A DNA stretch of 64,000 nucleotides from the NCBI GenBank assembly GCA_050253415.1, contig JBFWJC010000001.1, positions 1,000,679-1,064,678 of the forward strand, given 5' to 3'. The translations under genes were made by a program, and so were the position numbers. This document shows, one piece after another, positions 27,377 to 38,685 of this stretch. The stretch is from Pedobacter sp. (GTDB lineage Bacteria; Desulfobacterota; Desulfuromonadia; Desulfuromonadales; Syntrophotaleaceae). The notes beneath the pieces are model-generated. The model did not search any database. It saw only the letters and a program-made list of their open reading frames with translations, and was not told where the DNA came from. The first letter of the stretch is position 1. Every line of letters starts with the position of its first letter.

Positions 27377-30300
27377 CTATTTGATACCAAAGGTGACGCG
27401 GTGCCCCTCCCCGGGTACTTTGGGCGCTTCGACGCTGATGCGGCTTTCCAGTTCCGGCTGCACGGCGATGAAAGCCTCTCTCAGATGACGGGCCCGTTCC
27501 AGTGCAAGTTGTTCAAGGGCATTGTCGTCCTTGGGATAGTGTTGACGGATGGCCTCCATCATTTCCTGCGGCGGCAATTTCCGGATCATGCCTATGAAGT
27601 TTTTCGGCTTGTCAAAAGGTTGTTCGGCATACACATCAAACAGTAGATCCGCGTATTCATCGGCATCCACCTCGGGGCTGATCTGCAGTTCCTGCGGTTT
27701 GATCCGGTCGCGCTCTTGCCTGGGCAGGTCGGCATGCTTGATCTCTTGCATGCGTCGTAGCGCATAGGCATCCGCCAGCATTGCACGATCTTCCTCATCG
27801 GCCTGGGGGATGAGCACCAGATTGATTTTGGGGCGAGACATCAGCATGTCGGCTACGGTTTCTACCGTCTTGAGATCTTGGTCAGGAAGGCGTCCTTCCC
27901 CCGGATCAAAAGCGATGTATTCGAGCCCTTGTTCTCCGCTCCCCATGATCCCGCCGAGAAACATGAAGGGCGAGGCCACCGCTTTTATAAGCAGATTGGC
28001 GATGACCTTGAACACCAGGCCGCCGACGCTGAAACTCGGGTCGTCCAGATCGCCGCGCACCGGCAGAGTGAGGTTGATGTTGCCGGCGGTATCCTGCAGC
28101 AGGCTTACCCCCAGCTTGACAGGTAAATTGGGGGCATCGGGAGATTTTATCTTGTCCCCCAATTCCAGGCTGTCGAGTCTGATCTTGTGAGTGGAGTCAA
28201 GCTTGCCCCTGTCGATGGAGATCCTGCTGTCGAGAGAGAAGCTTCCCTGCTCCAGCGGATAGGCGATAAAACGCTCGGATATGGGGGAAATCCGCGTCAG
28301 ATCCAGAGTCTTGAGGCTGGCCTGTAATTCGGCGGCGACATCCGCATGCAGGGGGTTCATGGTCCCTTCCCCCTTGATCGGAGCATCATTCAGCTCGCCT
28401 GAGAAAACAATTCTGGATTGTCTTTCCGGGGTGTTACGCAACTCCCCGACGGTAACCTTCAGTTTTTCAAGGCGGTTGGTTACGGCGGGTTTGTAGCGCC
28501 GGTCGCGCATCACCATGGTGCCATTGATGATCTCCACGCCACCGATACGCAGATACGGGGTGGAAGCTGTTTTGTTTTTTTTCACGGTTTGAGAACGAGC
28601 CGCAGGTGGTTTCGTTGTTGTGGTGGGCTGTTTACCGAGCAGCCTTGCCAGGTTGTTGGTTCCGTCGTTGCTCACGATCAGGTTGATATTCGGGCGAGTC
28701 AGTGTCACTTTGCCCGCGCTATAGCGCTGTCGGGCTGTATTGATATCGAGATCCCGAATGCGCAGGGTGCGTATCGCGGCAAACTCTTGTTTGCCGTCGA
28801 GCACCGATAAGGACTCAAGAGAGGCCTGCCCGCGGATCCTCAGCCGGTTTTTAGCGGTGTCTTTCAGGTCGGTCTGCAGCGCCAGGGTCAGGGTACCGGC
28901 GCCAAGCCGCAACGCCGGGTTGACCTGTCCTAACAGGGGGGAAAACGGTTTGAGATTGAGTCTGGTTGTGCGAACGCTCAGGTTCATGGCAAGGGGGGTA
29001 AGGGTCCCCTTGCCGTCGATGCGCAGGGTTCCCCCTTGTTTTTCCTGTCCGCTAAGGTCGATGTTCAGGGGCGGATTGACTGCCGAGTCGTAGCCGGTCA
29101 CACTGCCGCTCAGATTCTGAAAAGTCGCGTTCGAGGTTTCCCTCGGGCCTTCCAGCCTGACGCTTACCTGTCCGTTCGCAAGCTTCAACTCCGCCAGCTG
29201 CGTCTGCCAGGGCTTGCCCGGTTTTGGCGCATCCGTCCCGGTACTTCGGGCCGCTGCGGAAGGACGCAGTTGTAAAAGATCGATGGTCCCCTTGCGGTCG
29301 CGGCGCAGGCGCAGGTTCGGCTGGTCCAGGAGCAGTTGTCGCACCTCCAGGCGATGCGCCGGGACATCGACGGTCAATCCAGCAAGCGCCAGGTTTCCCA
29401 TCTGGAAGAAGACTTTGCCGGTGTCGTTGCGCAGCAATGACAGCTCCTGCAGATGCGCTTCCCCCTGTTTAAAAAAGATCGCCAGCTCCTCTTGATTCTC
29501 AGCTATGTCCAGACGACCGGCGCCGGAGAATACGCCCTTTTGGAGCGTCACCGGAATGCCGCTGTCCGCCATATACGGTTGGAAATCGGCGATGGGCAGG
29601 TCATCGAGGCGCAGTAGGATGTTTCCCTGCAGAGGGCTCGCCAGCAGCTTGCCTTCCAGGGAAAGGTGACCCGCGTCGTTGAGAGTCAGACTTGCCTTCA
29701 GCTCGGCGGGTTCGGTGCCGGGCAGGTCCAGATCGGTAAGGGTCAGAGCGATCTGTTCCGCCCGGGCCTGGAAACCGCTCTTGACTGTCCGGTCACGCCA
29801 CAGAACGCGAGCCTCGCGAAGCGTAAAGAGTTTCAGGTGCAGCGGCAGGTGGGGCTGCTGGTTTGCCGCCTGAGCCGGCTCTTGTTTGGCGGTGGTTTTT
29901 TTTAACCAGGTCTGCCAGTCGATGCGCCCGTCCTCGAGCCGTGCCAGATGGGCTTCCAGACCCTGCATATCCACCTTTTTAAGGGTCAACCCTTCAGGCG
30001 TGTTGAGGGATCCTTCCAGACCCACCGTCAGTCGTGGCAGCCGCAGCGCTTGATCGCCGTTTGGAGCCAGCACCTCGAGTTCGGTCAGGGTCAGTTGACC
30101 GCCAAGCCCCAGACGGATGCCGGTTTCAGGCTGTTGGCGCATGCTGAAGACCAGGTTTGTTTTTAATTGGCCGTTGTTGAGGGTGGCGCTGGTGAAGGGC
30201 TGTACATAGGGTTGAAAGCGTACCAGGTCCAGGTTGTCGAGGCGGATATCGAACTCGGTATGCAGTTGCTCGGCAAAGGGTGCCAATCGACCATCCACCC

Positions 30301-30976
30301 GCAGCAGTCGGTCGTTGATGACCGCTTTCAGGTAAGGGGTGATGGAGCGTTCCCGATGGCGTTTCAGGGTGGAGGTGAAGGGTGCGTAAAATTCCAGCTC
30401 CGCTACCGTATGTTCCGTTTCACGGATATCGTCGCGAAAATGAAGCAAGCCGCCGGAGATCTCCAGGTCGGTGAGCATCACTCCGAACAGGTTCCATTCC
30501 TGCTCCTCAGTAGCGGATTTATCCGGCTGTGGTTGCTGTGTGCCGTCAGGCGAAGCCTCCTGCGGCACCGGTGCCAGGTCGGCCAGGGAGAGGGTGCCAT
30601 CCTTGCGCAGCCGCATCTCGAGGTGCGGACTGGTTAACTTCAGGTCGCTTAAAACCGGCGCCAGGCGGTAGATGCCCGCCGGACTGACGCGCACCTCAAA
30701 GCGCTCCAGGTTGAAGCACTCCTCACCGTCGGGCAGCGGGATGCGCAGATTCTCCGCCGTCAAACGCAGGGTGAAGGGATTGAAACGTACTTTTTCCAGA
30801 GTACAGGTGCTGCCGAGTTTTGCGGAAAGCTGCTGCTCGGTCACATGGCGGATAATCGGCGGCAGGACCAGGCCGGCTGCCACGGCCCACAGGGCGATAA
30901 ATCCTGCTGTCCAGAGAGCGATGCGGCGCATGTTCTGTTTTTGTTTGGGAGTGAATACTGCGAGTCGATTTATCAT
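27377..30976 (-). CDS. DUF748 domain protein (AsmA-like, repeated) with C-terminal OmpA-like region
   Basis: N-terminal TM, VRFNPFTL, repeated beta-rich units, LPVRGDLDDPSFS, LIKAVASPF. Confidence 0.85.
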   Translation of the reverse strand: MINRLAVFTPKQKQNMRRIALWTAGFIALWAVAAGLVLPPIIRHVTEQQLSAKLGSTCTLEKVRFNPFTLRLTAENLRIPLPDGEECFNLERFEVRVSPAGIYRLAPVLSDLKLTSPHLEMRLRKDGTLSLADLAPVPQEASPDGTQQPQPDKSATEEQEWNLFGVMLTDLEISGGLLHFRDDIRETEHTVAELEFYAPFTSTLKRHRERSITPYLKAVINDRLLRVDGRLAPFAEQLHTEFDIRLDNLDLVRFQPYVQPFTSATLNNGQLKTNLVFSMRQQPETGIRLGLGGQLTLTELEVLAPNGDQALRLPRLTVGLEGSLNTPEGLTLKKVDMQGLEAHLARLEDGRIDWQTWLKKTTAKQEPAQAANQQPHLPLHLKLFTLREARVLWRDRTVKSGFQARAEQIALTLTDLDLPGTEPAELKASLTLNDAGHLSLEGKLLASPLQGNILLRLDDLPIADFQPYMADSGIPVTLQKGVFSGAGRLDIAENQEELAIFFKQGEAHLQELSLLRNDTGKVFFQMGNLALAGLTVDVPAHRLEVRQLLLDQPNLRLRRDRKGTIDLLQLRPSAAARSTGTDAPKPGKPWQTQLAELKLANGQVSVRLEGPRETSNATFQNLSGSVTGYDSAVNPPLNIDLSGQEKQGGTLRIDGKGTLTPLAMNLSVRTTRLNLKPFSPLLGQVNPALRLGAGTLTLALQTDLKDTAKNRLRIRGQASLESLSVLDGKQEFAAIRTLRIRDLDINTARQRYSAGKVTLTRPNINLIVSNDGTNNLARLLGKQPTTTTKPPAARSQTVKKNKTASTPYLRIGGVEIINGTMVMRDRRYKPAVTNRLEKLKVTVGELRNTPERQSRIVFSGELNDAPIKGEGTMNPLHADVAAELQASLKTLDLTRISPISERFIAYPLEQGSFSLDSRISIDRGKLDSTHKIRLDSLELGDKIKSPDAPNLPVKLGVSLLQDTAGNINLTLPVRGDLDDPSFSVGGLVFKVIANLLIKAVASPFMFLGGIMGSGEQGLEYIAFDPGEGRLPDQDLKTVETVADMLMSRPKINLVLIPQADEEDRAMLADAYALRRMQEIKHADLPRQERDRIKPQELQISPEVDADEYADLLFDVYAEQPFDKPKNFIGMIRKLPPQEMMEAIRQHYPKDDNALEQLALERARHLREAFIAVQPELESRISVEAPKVPGEGHRVTFGIK

Positions 30977-31327
30977 ATCTTTATCCTTTTGGTGATATCG
31001 CACAGGATAGGTTGGAAACGCAGTTTAAGTCTATCGAAGAGATGTAACAGGGCAATGTTAAAAGGAGTGGAATCGGTAAGTAGAATGGGACCGGCCGGGA
31101 TACACTTAGTGTGACACGGGGTTGGAGATAACGACGAGACCGACGACCATAGTTGGCTGTCCTTATGCAAATGCAGCATTATTTTGCAGGTTCACCAAAA
31201 AAATAAAAAACTAACGCATGTAATAGCGATGTGTTACCCACGGTTGATACGCTTGCGATATATTTCCCGTAAACATCGGCACCCACGTCCTGCGAAAAGG
31301 TGCGAAAACGACACGGAGGTATAGTTA

Positions 31328-31894
31328 ATGGCAAAACGGATTCTAATAATTTGCGGTGATTTTGTCGAGGATTATGAAGTAATGGTGCCGTTTCAGGCGC
31401 TTCAGGCCATGGGCTATGAAGTGGATGCGGTTTGTCCGGATAAATCGGCGGGCGATAAGGTCGCCACCTGCATTCATGATTTTGAGGGACATCAGACTTA
31501 TACGGAGAAACCCGGACACAATTTCAGTCTGAATGCAGAATTTGCCTCGGCCCAAGCGGCGGACTATGATGGTTTGCTGATTCCCGGCGGGCGGGCTCCT
31601 GAATACCTGCGTTTGAATGAAAACGTACTGAATCTGGTACGCGATTTTTATGCCGCAGGCAAGCCGATCGCTGCGGTTTGCCACGGGCCGCAGATCTTGG
31701 CTGCCGCAGGTGTTCTCAAGGGACACAAGGTTGCCGCTTACCCGGCCTGCGCGCCGGAAGTGGTTCTTGCTCAGGCCGAATATGCGGACATCCCGCTGGA
31801 TGCGGCTTGCAGAGATGGAAATCTGGTTACGGCCCCGGCCTGGCCGGCCCACCCTGCGTGGCTGAAGGAGTTTGCAGCCATGCTGGAAGCTTGA
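31328..31894 (+). CDS. DJ-1/PfpI family glyoxalase/protease
   Basis: [32 protein letters not shown]. Confidence 0.92.
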   Translation: MAKRILIICGDFVEDYEVMVPFQALQAMGYEVDAVCPDKSAGDKVATCIHDFEGHQTYTEKPGHNFSLNAEFASAQAADYDGLLIPGGRAPEYLRLNENVLNLVRDFYAAGKPIAAVCHGPQILAAAGVLKGHKVAAYPACAPEVVLAQAEYADIPLDAACRDGNLVTAPAWPAHPAWLKEFAAMLEA

Positions 31895-31993
31895 TCCGAA
31901 ATAAAATGGATAATCATTAACAGCGGGGTGGCATCTTTAAAAAGTATGGTATACACTGCCTCTTTAGTTGGTGTTAACCAAGGAGAGGGCATC

Positions 31994-32317
31994 ATGTGTG
32001 AACTTTACTCCGCCATCCCCCCGTCCGAATACGAATGTCAGACACGCTCGGTGCGTTTGAACGGCGCCGTGACCAGTATCCGGTTGGAGCGTCGATTCTG
32101 GTCGATACTCACGGACCTCGCCGAAGGAGAACATGTTACCCTGGGCAAGATGCTCTCTACTCTGCACCAGGAGGCTGTGTTCAAGCACGGTCATGTGGAA
32201 AACTTCGCATCCTTGCTGCGGGTGGTTTGCACCACCTATCTGGCACGACAGCCTGTCGGTGTTCGGAATGAATCTCGTGAAAAAACAGCGCCCGTTGCTT
32301 CGGGTGCTGTTGTATGA
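31994..32317 (+). CDS. ribbon-helix-helix domain protein
   Basis: TRSVRLNGAVTSIRLERRFW...NFASLLRV; AGGAG RBS. Confidence 0.85.
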   Translation: MCELYSAIPPSEYECQTRSVRLNGAVTSIRLERRFWSILTDLAEGEHVTLGKMLSTLHQEAVFKHGHVENFASLLRVVCTTYLARQPVGVRNESREKTAPVASGAVV

Positions 32318-32404
32318 GGACGTCACCCACTGAATTCCGGTAAAGGGCTGGACTTCATGTGTTTGACACATTTAATTACCCAGGCTTTGATAAGGAGGCA
32401 CCAC

Positions 32405-32695
32405 ATGGCATTGACGGTCATCGCAAAGTTCGTGGCAAAAGCGGGCAAGGAAGAAACCCTTCGCAAAGAATTGCTGGCGCGCATCGAGCCGACTCGCGCC
32501 GAAGCGGGCTGCATTATTTATGACCTGCATCAGGACATTGATAACCCTGCCGTGCTGGTATTCCTGGAAAGCTGGAAAAGTAAGAAAGACCTGGAAGAGC
32601 ATCTGCAGATGCCTTATCTGCAATCACTTTTGGGGATGGTTGACGAACTCTGCGCCGAAGCGCCGGAAATCCGACTGGCCAACCAAATTGGCTGA
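32405..32695 (+). CDS. ABM-family putative quinol monooxygenase
   Basis: PTRAEAGCIIYDLH, FLESW, HLQMPY; AAGGAGG RBS. Confidence 0.88.
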   Translation: MALTVIAKFVAKAGKEETLRKELLARIEPTRAEAGCIIYDLHQDIDNPAVLVFLESWKSKKDLEEHLQMPYLQSLLGMVDELCAEAPEIRLANQIG

Positions 32696-33011
32696 AAAAC
32701 GGATCCGAGCCGGATTTGATTCCATCTAGACCGTACCTTTGAGGCAGGAGTGGCTATTATGCCGCTCCTGCTTTTTTTTTCTGGAATGGGCCAAAGGCGT
32801 TGCGCTCCGCGCGACTGCACCTGCTTGCTTTTGCCGAATTATGGTCTTCGGTAACCTGCTGTGAGGTCATGGGTTATTGCAATTTGATAAGGAACGCCTG
32901 AATTCCTCTGTTTGCTATGGATTCGTTTGCGAGCGGATTGGGGTGCAAGAAAACAGGCCGCAAACATAAGGTTCGCGGCCTGTGATTTAACAAAAAGTTA
33001 TAAGGTATCTG

Positions 33012-33488
33012 TCAAAACGGAATGTCGTCATCCGGATTGAAGGGCGGTTCCTCATACTGGTTCTGCTGCGGGCTTTGTTGCGGCCTGCTGTTGCTGGCCG
33101 GGCGCTCCTGGCGTTGTTCACGGCGTTGATATCCTCCACCGCCGCCGCTGTTGTCTTCACCGGCACGTCCCAGCATCTGCATCTGGTCGACAACGATTTC
33201 GGTGATGTAACGCTTGTTGCCATCACGGTCGTCGTAGGAACGGGTTTGGATTTTACCCTCGATATAAATCTGCTTTCCCTTGGTCAGGTACTTGCCGCAA
33301 ATTTCAGCCAATTGCCGCCATACGACGATATTGTGCCACTCGGTTTTTTCCTGGCTGTTGCCGTCGCGGTCTTTGTATCTCTCCGTGGTGGCGAGAGAAA
33401 AGTTGGCAACGGCAGTGCCGGACGCCGTGTAGCGCAGTTCGGGGTCCTTGCCGAGATTGCCGACCAAAATGACTTTGTTAACCGACAT
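33012..33488 (-). CDS. ssb: single-stranded DNA-binding protein
   Basis: [20 protein letters not shown]-terminal DDDIPF. Confidence 0.97.
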   Translation of the reverse strand: MSVNKVILVGNLGKDPELRYTASGTAVANFSLATTERYKDRDGNSQEKTEWHNIVVWRQLAEICGKYLTKGKQIYIEGKIQTRSYDDRDGNKRYITEIVVDQMQMLGRAGEDNSGGGGGYQRREQRQERPASNSRPQQSPQQNQYEEPPFNPDDDIPF

Positions 33489-33646
33489 GAGCTATTGCCT
33501 CCATGGGTTTTTGTTTAACTATGAGATATCTGGCTGAGTCTAGCGAAAATACACGGGGGTGTAAAGCAGTCTTTTAAAAAGGTTTGACTCCCCTCGGGCT
33601 GCTCCCGTAAACTGTCAACTTTCAATACCATAGGGAGTTAACTGCC

Positions 33647-34354
33647 ATGCTGCGTACACTGTTTTATCTGGTAACTTTCGTGCCCTGGACTCTGTTCGTT
33701 ATCGTCACCGGGTTGCCATTTTCTCTTCTAGGCCAGAGTGCTTTACATAGCTATTCCCGGGTCTGGGCAAGGCTCAGCCTGAAGCTGGCCGGTGTCAAGG
33801 TGGTGGTGACGGGGCGAGAAAACCTGTCTTCGGAGGGGGCTGTGGTCTATATGCCCAATCACCAGAGCAACTTCGATATCCTGGCGTTGTTTGTCAGTCT
33901 GCCCGGTCATTTTCGCTGGTTGGCCAAGGAAGAGTTATTTCATATTCCCTTATTCGGGTGGACGATGCGTCGCTCCGGTTATATCCCCGTCGATCGCTCC
34001 AACCGCAAAAAGAGCGTCGAGAGCATGCGTCATGCCATCGAGCGGATTTCAGAGGGTAATTCTGTGGTGATTTTCCCCGAGGGTACGCGTTCGCCGGACG
34101 GGCACCTCAAAGAATTCAAGGCCGGCAGTTTTACTCTGGCGATTCAGGCGCAGGCGCCTATCGTACCTATCGCCGTTACCGGTACCCGTGACGTGATGCC
34201 GAAGCACAGCCGCTGGATTCGCGGCGGTGTGGTCAATGTGACGATTTTCCCGGCGGTGCAAACCACAGGTCGGGCGGTACAAGAGCGTAATACCCTTCTG
34301 GAAGAAGTGCGCGGCCCCATCGAGGCCGTAGTGGAGAAGGCTTTGCAATCATGA
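33647..34354 (+). CDS. plsC: 1-acyl-sn-glycerol-3-phosphate acyltransferase
   Basis: NHQSNFD, FPEGTRS. Confidence 0.92.
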   Translation: MLRTLFYLVTFVPWTLFVIVTGLPFSLLGQSALHSYSRVWARLSLKLAGVKVVVTGRENLSSEGAVVYMPNHQSNFDILALFVSLPGHFRWLAKEELFHIPLFGWTMRRSGYIPVDRSNRKKSVESMRHAIERISEGNSVVIFPEGTRSPDGHLKEFKAGSFTLAIQAQAPIVPIAVTGTRDVMPKHSRWIRGGVVNVTIFPAVQTTGRAVQERNTLLEEVRGPIEAVVEKALQS

Positions 34355-36045
34355 CCGAGGCGCTTGCCACGGTGACGGCGGAGTTGCCGCCCGATGCTGT
34401 GCGGATTCTGCCGCTGGGAGGGCTGGGGGAAATCGGCCTGAACATGATGGCGGTGGAGTATCGGGGCGACCTGCTGCTTATCGACTGCGGTCTGATGTTT
34501 CCCGAGCCGCACATGCCAGGTATCGACCTGGTGATCCCGGACATCAGCTGCCTGGAAGGGCGTTTTGATCGGATTCGGGGGCTGGTGCTCACCCACGGTC
34601 ATGAGGACCATATCGGTGCGGTCCCGTTTTTGCTCCAGAAGCTCGGCTTTCCCACCGTTTACGGGTCACCGCTGACGCTGGGGCTGCTGCGCCATCGGCT
34701 GGAGGAGCACGAACTTCTCGGGCGTGCCGATCTGGTTGCAGTGGCACCGCGCACGGCGCTTGAACTCGGGGCGTTTCATGTCGAACTGTTTCGTGTAGCG
34801 CATTCCATCGTCGACGGCTATGGCGTGGCTATCCGTACCGAGGCGGGGTGGATTGTCCATACCGGGGATTTTAAACTGGACCAGACCCCGGTAGATGACC
34901 AGCCAACCGACCTTGTGCGATTGACTGCATACGGCGAGGAAGGGGTGTTACTGCTGCTTTCCGATTCCACCAATGTGGAAAAAAAGGGTTTTACCCTGTC
35001 GGAGCGGGAGGTGGCTACTGCGTTTGCCGAGATCATGCCGCGTGCTCGCGGACGGGTGGTGGTTGCCACCTTTTCGTCCAATATCCACCGCATTCAGCAG
35101 GTTGTGCAAGCGGCAGTCAACTGCGGGCGTAAAATTGTAATTACCGGTCGTAGCATGGAAGCCAATACCCGCATCGCCCGGGATCTGGGATACCTCAAAA
35201 TTCCTGATGATGTGCTGATCGATGTACGCCAGGCGCGGGATCTGCCGCATCATCGTGTGGTGGTTTTGACCACCGGCAGTCAGGGCGAAGCCCAAAGTAC
35301 CCTGGTGCGCATGTCTATGGACGAGTACAAGCCGTTGCCTCTGGATGAGGGGGACACGGTTATCCTTTCCTCCAAGTTTATTCCCGGCAACGAAAAAGCC
35401 ATCAACCGCCTTATCAATCACCTCTACCGGCGCGGCGCCGAAGTTTTTTATGAAACGACCAGTGAGGTGCATGTGTCGGGGCACGCCAGTCAGGAAGAAC
35501 TCAAAATGGTGGTTTCGCTGGTGCGGCCCCGGTATTTTGTGCCTATTCATGGTGAATATCGGCATCTGGTGAAGCACGCCGCCCTGGCGCAAAGCATGGG
35601 CATCGCCAAGGAGTGCGTTGCGGTGCTGGAAAACGGCTATCCGCTGATCGTATCTGCCGCGGGCCTGGTACGTGAGCCGCGTCTCCAGACCGGTCGGGTT
35701 CTGGTCGATGGCCGCGGCGTCGGTGATGTGGGGTATATGGAACTGCGCGACCGGCGGCATGTGGCGAATCATGGGCTGGTGGTGGCATTGCTGACCGTCA
35801 GTTCATCGGACGGCAGTATTCTGTATGGTCCGGAGTTACTGTCACGCGGGTTTGTTGCCGAGGAAGAAACGGATATTCTGGATGAGGCAAGACAGCAGCT
35901 CTGCGCGACTCTTGCGGAGGGCGCTCCGGAGATGGCCTGCGAGCGGGAGACCCTTGAGGTAGAGGTTCGCAAATGCCTGCGGCGTTTCTTTAATCGTACC
36001 ATTGAGCGGCGGCCACTTATTCTGCCGATAATTCTTGAACAATAA
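34351..36045 (+). CDS. rnj: ribonuclease J
   Basis: PLGGLGEIGLN, THGHEDHIG, HTGDFK, SDSTN, TGSQGE, HVSGH, PIHGE. Confidence 0.95.
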   Translation: MTEALATVTAELPPDAVRILPLGGLGEIGLNMMAVEYRGDLLLIDCGLMFPEPHMPGIDLVIPDISCLEGRFDRIRGLVLTHGHEDHIGAVPFLLQKLGFPTVYGSPLTLGLLRHRLEEHELLGRADLVAVAPRTALELGAFHVELFRVAHSIVDGYGVAIRTEAGWIVHTGDFKLDQTPVDDQPTDLVRLTAYGEEGVLLLLSDSTNVEKKGFTLSEREVATAFAEIMPRARGRVVVATFSSNIHRIQQVVQAAVNCGRKIVITGRSMEANTRIARDLGYLKIPDDVLIDVRQARDLPHHRVVVLTTGSQGEAQSTLVRMSMDEYKPLPLDEGDTVILSSKFIPGNEKAINRLINHLYRRGAEVFYETTSEVHVSGHASQEELKMVVSLVRPRYFVPIHGEYRHLVKHAALAQSMGIAKECVAVLENGYPLIVSAAGLVREPRLQTGRVLVDGRGVGDVGYMELRDRRHVANHGLVVALLTVSSSDGSILYGPELLSRGFVAEEETDILDEARQQLCATLAEGAPEMACERETLEVEVRKCLRRFFNRTIERRPLILPIILEQ

Positions 36046-36392
36046 TGCAGGGCGGTGCTGAAAACAGAGAGTGCCAATGAGTTTTTTGCATGCTATGCTG
36101 TCATGCCTGCTGCAAGAAATAATCGAATTCCTGTCGTTTTATTAAGTGGTTATCTTGTTATTGCCTGGTATTTATTTTTACAGGATTTCAAGCAGCTCTA
36201 TGTGTTTTTGTTGTTTTGGGTGCCATAGATCGCGCAACGTTTACCCTGACTGTCCCTGACCTGGATTCAATAGGGCGGGAAGGCATGTTTTTTGCTTTAT
36301 AATCTTTAATGTTTCACTGGTCCGATGACGGCATCGGGCTTGATTTGGTTGGGTTATCAACCGTCACTGTTGTCCGGAGTCAGAGGCACATC

Positions 36393-38648
36393 ATGAGCAA
36401 GGAACAGACCGTAAAACAGGCTGTAACATTCAAAGAGCGGTTCGTGCAGGAGTTGTTGGGAGTCTTCTGGTTGGCCGCGGGTATCTTTTTGCTGTTGGCG
36501 CTTGTTTCCTTTCACGCGGGTGACACATCTTTTAATGCCTCCCGATCCGGGGGTACTCATAATCTCGCAGGGGTTGTCGGTTCCTACCTTGCCGACCTGC
36601 TGTTTCAAGGATTCGGTTTTGCGGCGTTGCTGTTACCCCTCGGGGCTTTCGGTCTGGCGTGGCACTATTTTGCTTGCAGGCAAATCCATTTTCGATGGTT
36701 GCGGATTGTAGCTTTTGTTGGGTTTTTGTTGTCATTGGACGGTCTTATAGCCCTGAGGTTCGGCGCCGTGTCATGGTTCGGCCAGCCGATTGGGGAAGCC
36801 GGAGGATTGGCGGGACGGCTTCTGGCAAATATTTTGACCTCTGGAGTCAATACCGCCGGTTCGGTCATTCTGTTGATCGTGTTATTGCTTGTCTCTTTGA
36901 TGCTTGCGGTACGTTTTTCTCTGGTATTGATGATGGACCGGGTCCTGGAGCGGTGGGGGGGCTTCCTGGAAAACCGCCAGCAGCAACGGGCCCAGCGCAA
37001 GGAGGCCGCCCGTATAAAACGCGCCAGTATCGTTGCGGGTCCTGTTATCGTCCCTGCGGACAAGGTTGCTGCGGTGCCTGTCACGCCGAAACCGAAAGCA
37101 AAACGGTTGGACAAACCGGTTCAGGAGGCGTTTGATTTTATCGAGTGTACCGGCAGTTATCAGCGTCCGCCGTTGAGCCTGCTGGATCACGAAGAGGAAG
37201 GACCGCTGCCCGTCGATCGTGAAGCTCTGGCCATGAATGCCCGTATCCTGGAGAAAAAACTCAAGGATTTCGGCGTCGAAGGTGAGGTCACCGAGGTCAA
37301 GCCGGGACCGGTCGTAACCATGTACGAATTCGCCCCGGCACCAGGGGTCAAAGTCAATAAAATCGCCGGCCTTGCCGACGATTTGGCGATGGCCCTGTCG
37401 GCCATAGCCATCCGTATCGTGGCACCTATCCCGGGCCGCCCCGTGGTGGGCATCGAGATCCCCAACAAACAACGGGAGACGGTATACCTCAAGGAGATTT
37501 TAACCGCCGAGCAATTCCAGAAGTTTGGCGGGCGATTACCGATGGCCCTTGGTAAGGATATCTTTGGTCATACGGTGGTATCCGATCTGGCCAAGATGCC
37601 CCACCTTCTGGTGGCTGGCGCCACCGGTAGCGGTAAATCGGTTTCCGTTAATACCATGATCCTGTCGTTGTTATATTGTTCCTCGCCGGAAGATGTGCGC
37701 ATTATTCTCATCGATCCCAAGATGCTCGAACTCTCCATTTACGAGGGGGTTCCGCACCTGTTGCTGCCGGTTGTGACCAACCCCAAAAAGGCGGCACTGG
37801 CGTTTGCCTGGGCTGTGCGTGAAATGGAACGCCGCTATCGCCTCATGGCGGACAAGGGCGTACGTGATATCGATGGATATAACAAGCGCCTGCTCAAAGA
37901 CGCCAAACCGCCTGTCCCCGCGCCGATCGAAAACGACATCGTCGATGAAGATATGCCTGTCGCGGAAATTGTTCAGGACGGCGAAGTGCTGGAGCACGGT
38001 CATCTGCCGCGTATCGTGGTGATTGTCGACGAGTTGGCCGACCTGATGATGGTGGCCGGTCGCGAAATCGAAGAATCGATAGCTCGGTTGGCCCAGATGG
38101 CACGCGCTGCCGGCATCCACCTGATACTGGCAACCCAGCGTCCGAGTGTCGATGTCATTACCGGCCTGATCAAGGCCAACCTGCCGACCCGCATATCTTT
38201 TAAAGTTTTTTCCCGAATCGATTCACGTACCATTCTGGATCAAATGGGCGCAGAAAATCTCCTGGGTATGGGGGATATGCTGTTTCTGCCGCCGGGTACC
38301 GGCGCTTTGACCCGTGTTCACGGTGCTTTCGTATCCGAGCACGAGGTTAAGCGGGTGGTCGATTTTCTGACCAAACATGGCCAACCGGAGTACGATGCCT
38401 CGATTCTTGAGGCCCCGCCAAGCAGTGACAGTGGAGGCGGGGAGGATGAAGAGTACGATGAAAAGTGGGATGAAGCCCTGGCTATGGTCGCCGATACCCG
38501 TCAGGCTTCGATTTCCATGCTGCAACGGCGATTACGCGTTGGTTACAACCGTGCAGCGCGCATGATCGAAAAGATGGAGCAGGAAGGCATTGTCGGCCCT
38601 TCGGACGGCACCAGTCGACCCCGCGAGGTGTTCATTAATAAGACGTAG
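36393..38648 (+). CDS. ftsK: DNA translocase FtsK
   Basis: 4TM N-terminus, PHLLVAGATGSGKS, IDPKMLE, DELADLM, ATQRPSVDV, gamma domain LQRRLRVGYNRAAR. Confidence 0.96.
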   Translation: MSKEQTVKQAVTFKERFVQELLGVFWLAAGIFLLLALVSFHAGDTSFNASRSGGTHNLAGVVGSYLADLLFQGFGFAALLLPLGAFGLAWHYFACRQIHFRWLRIVAFVGFLLSLDGLIALRFGAVSWFGQPIGEAGGLAGRLLANILTSGVNTAGSVILLIVLLLVSLMLAVRFSLVLMMDRVLERWGGFLENRQQQRAQRKEAARIKRASIVAGPVIVPADKVAAVPVTPKPKAKRLDKPVQEAFDFIECTGSYQRPPLSLLDHEEEGPLPVDREALAMNARILEKKLKDFGVEGEVTEVKPGPVVTMYEFAPAPGVKVNKIAGLADDLAMALSAIAIRIVAPIPGRPVVGIEIPNKQRETVYLKEILTAEQFQKFGGRLPMALGKDIFGHTVVSDLAKMPHLLVAGATGSGKSVSVNTMILSLLYCSSPEDVRIILIDPKMLELSIYEGVPHLLLPVVTNPKKAALAFAWAVREMERRYRLMADKGVRDIDGYNKRLLKDAKPPVPAPIENDIVDEDMPVAEIVQDGEVLEHGHLPRIVVIVDELADLMMVAGREIEESIARLAQMARAAGIHLILATQRPSVDVITGLIKANLPTRISFKVFSRIDSRTILDQMGAENLLGMGDMLFLPPGTGALTRVHGAFVSEHEVKRVVDFLTKHGQPEYDASILEAPPSSDSGGGEDEEYDEKWDEALAMVADTRQASISMLQRRLRVGYNRAARMIEKMEQEGIVGPSDGTSRPREVFINKT

Positions 38649-38685
38649 GGTGCACACCCTGAATGTATTGCCAAGTGGAGGGCTT

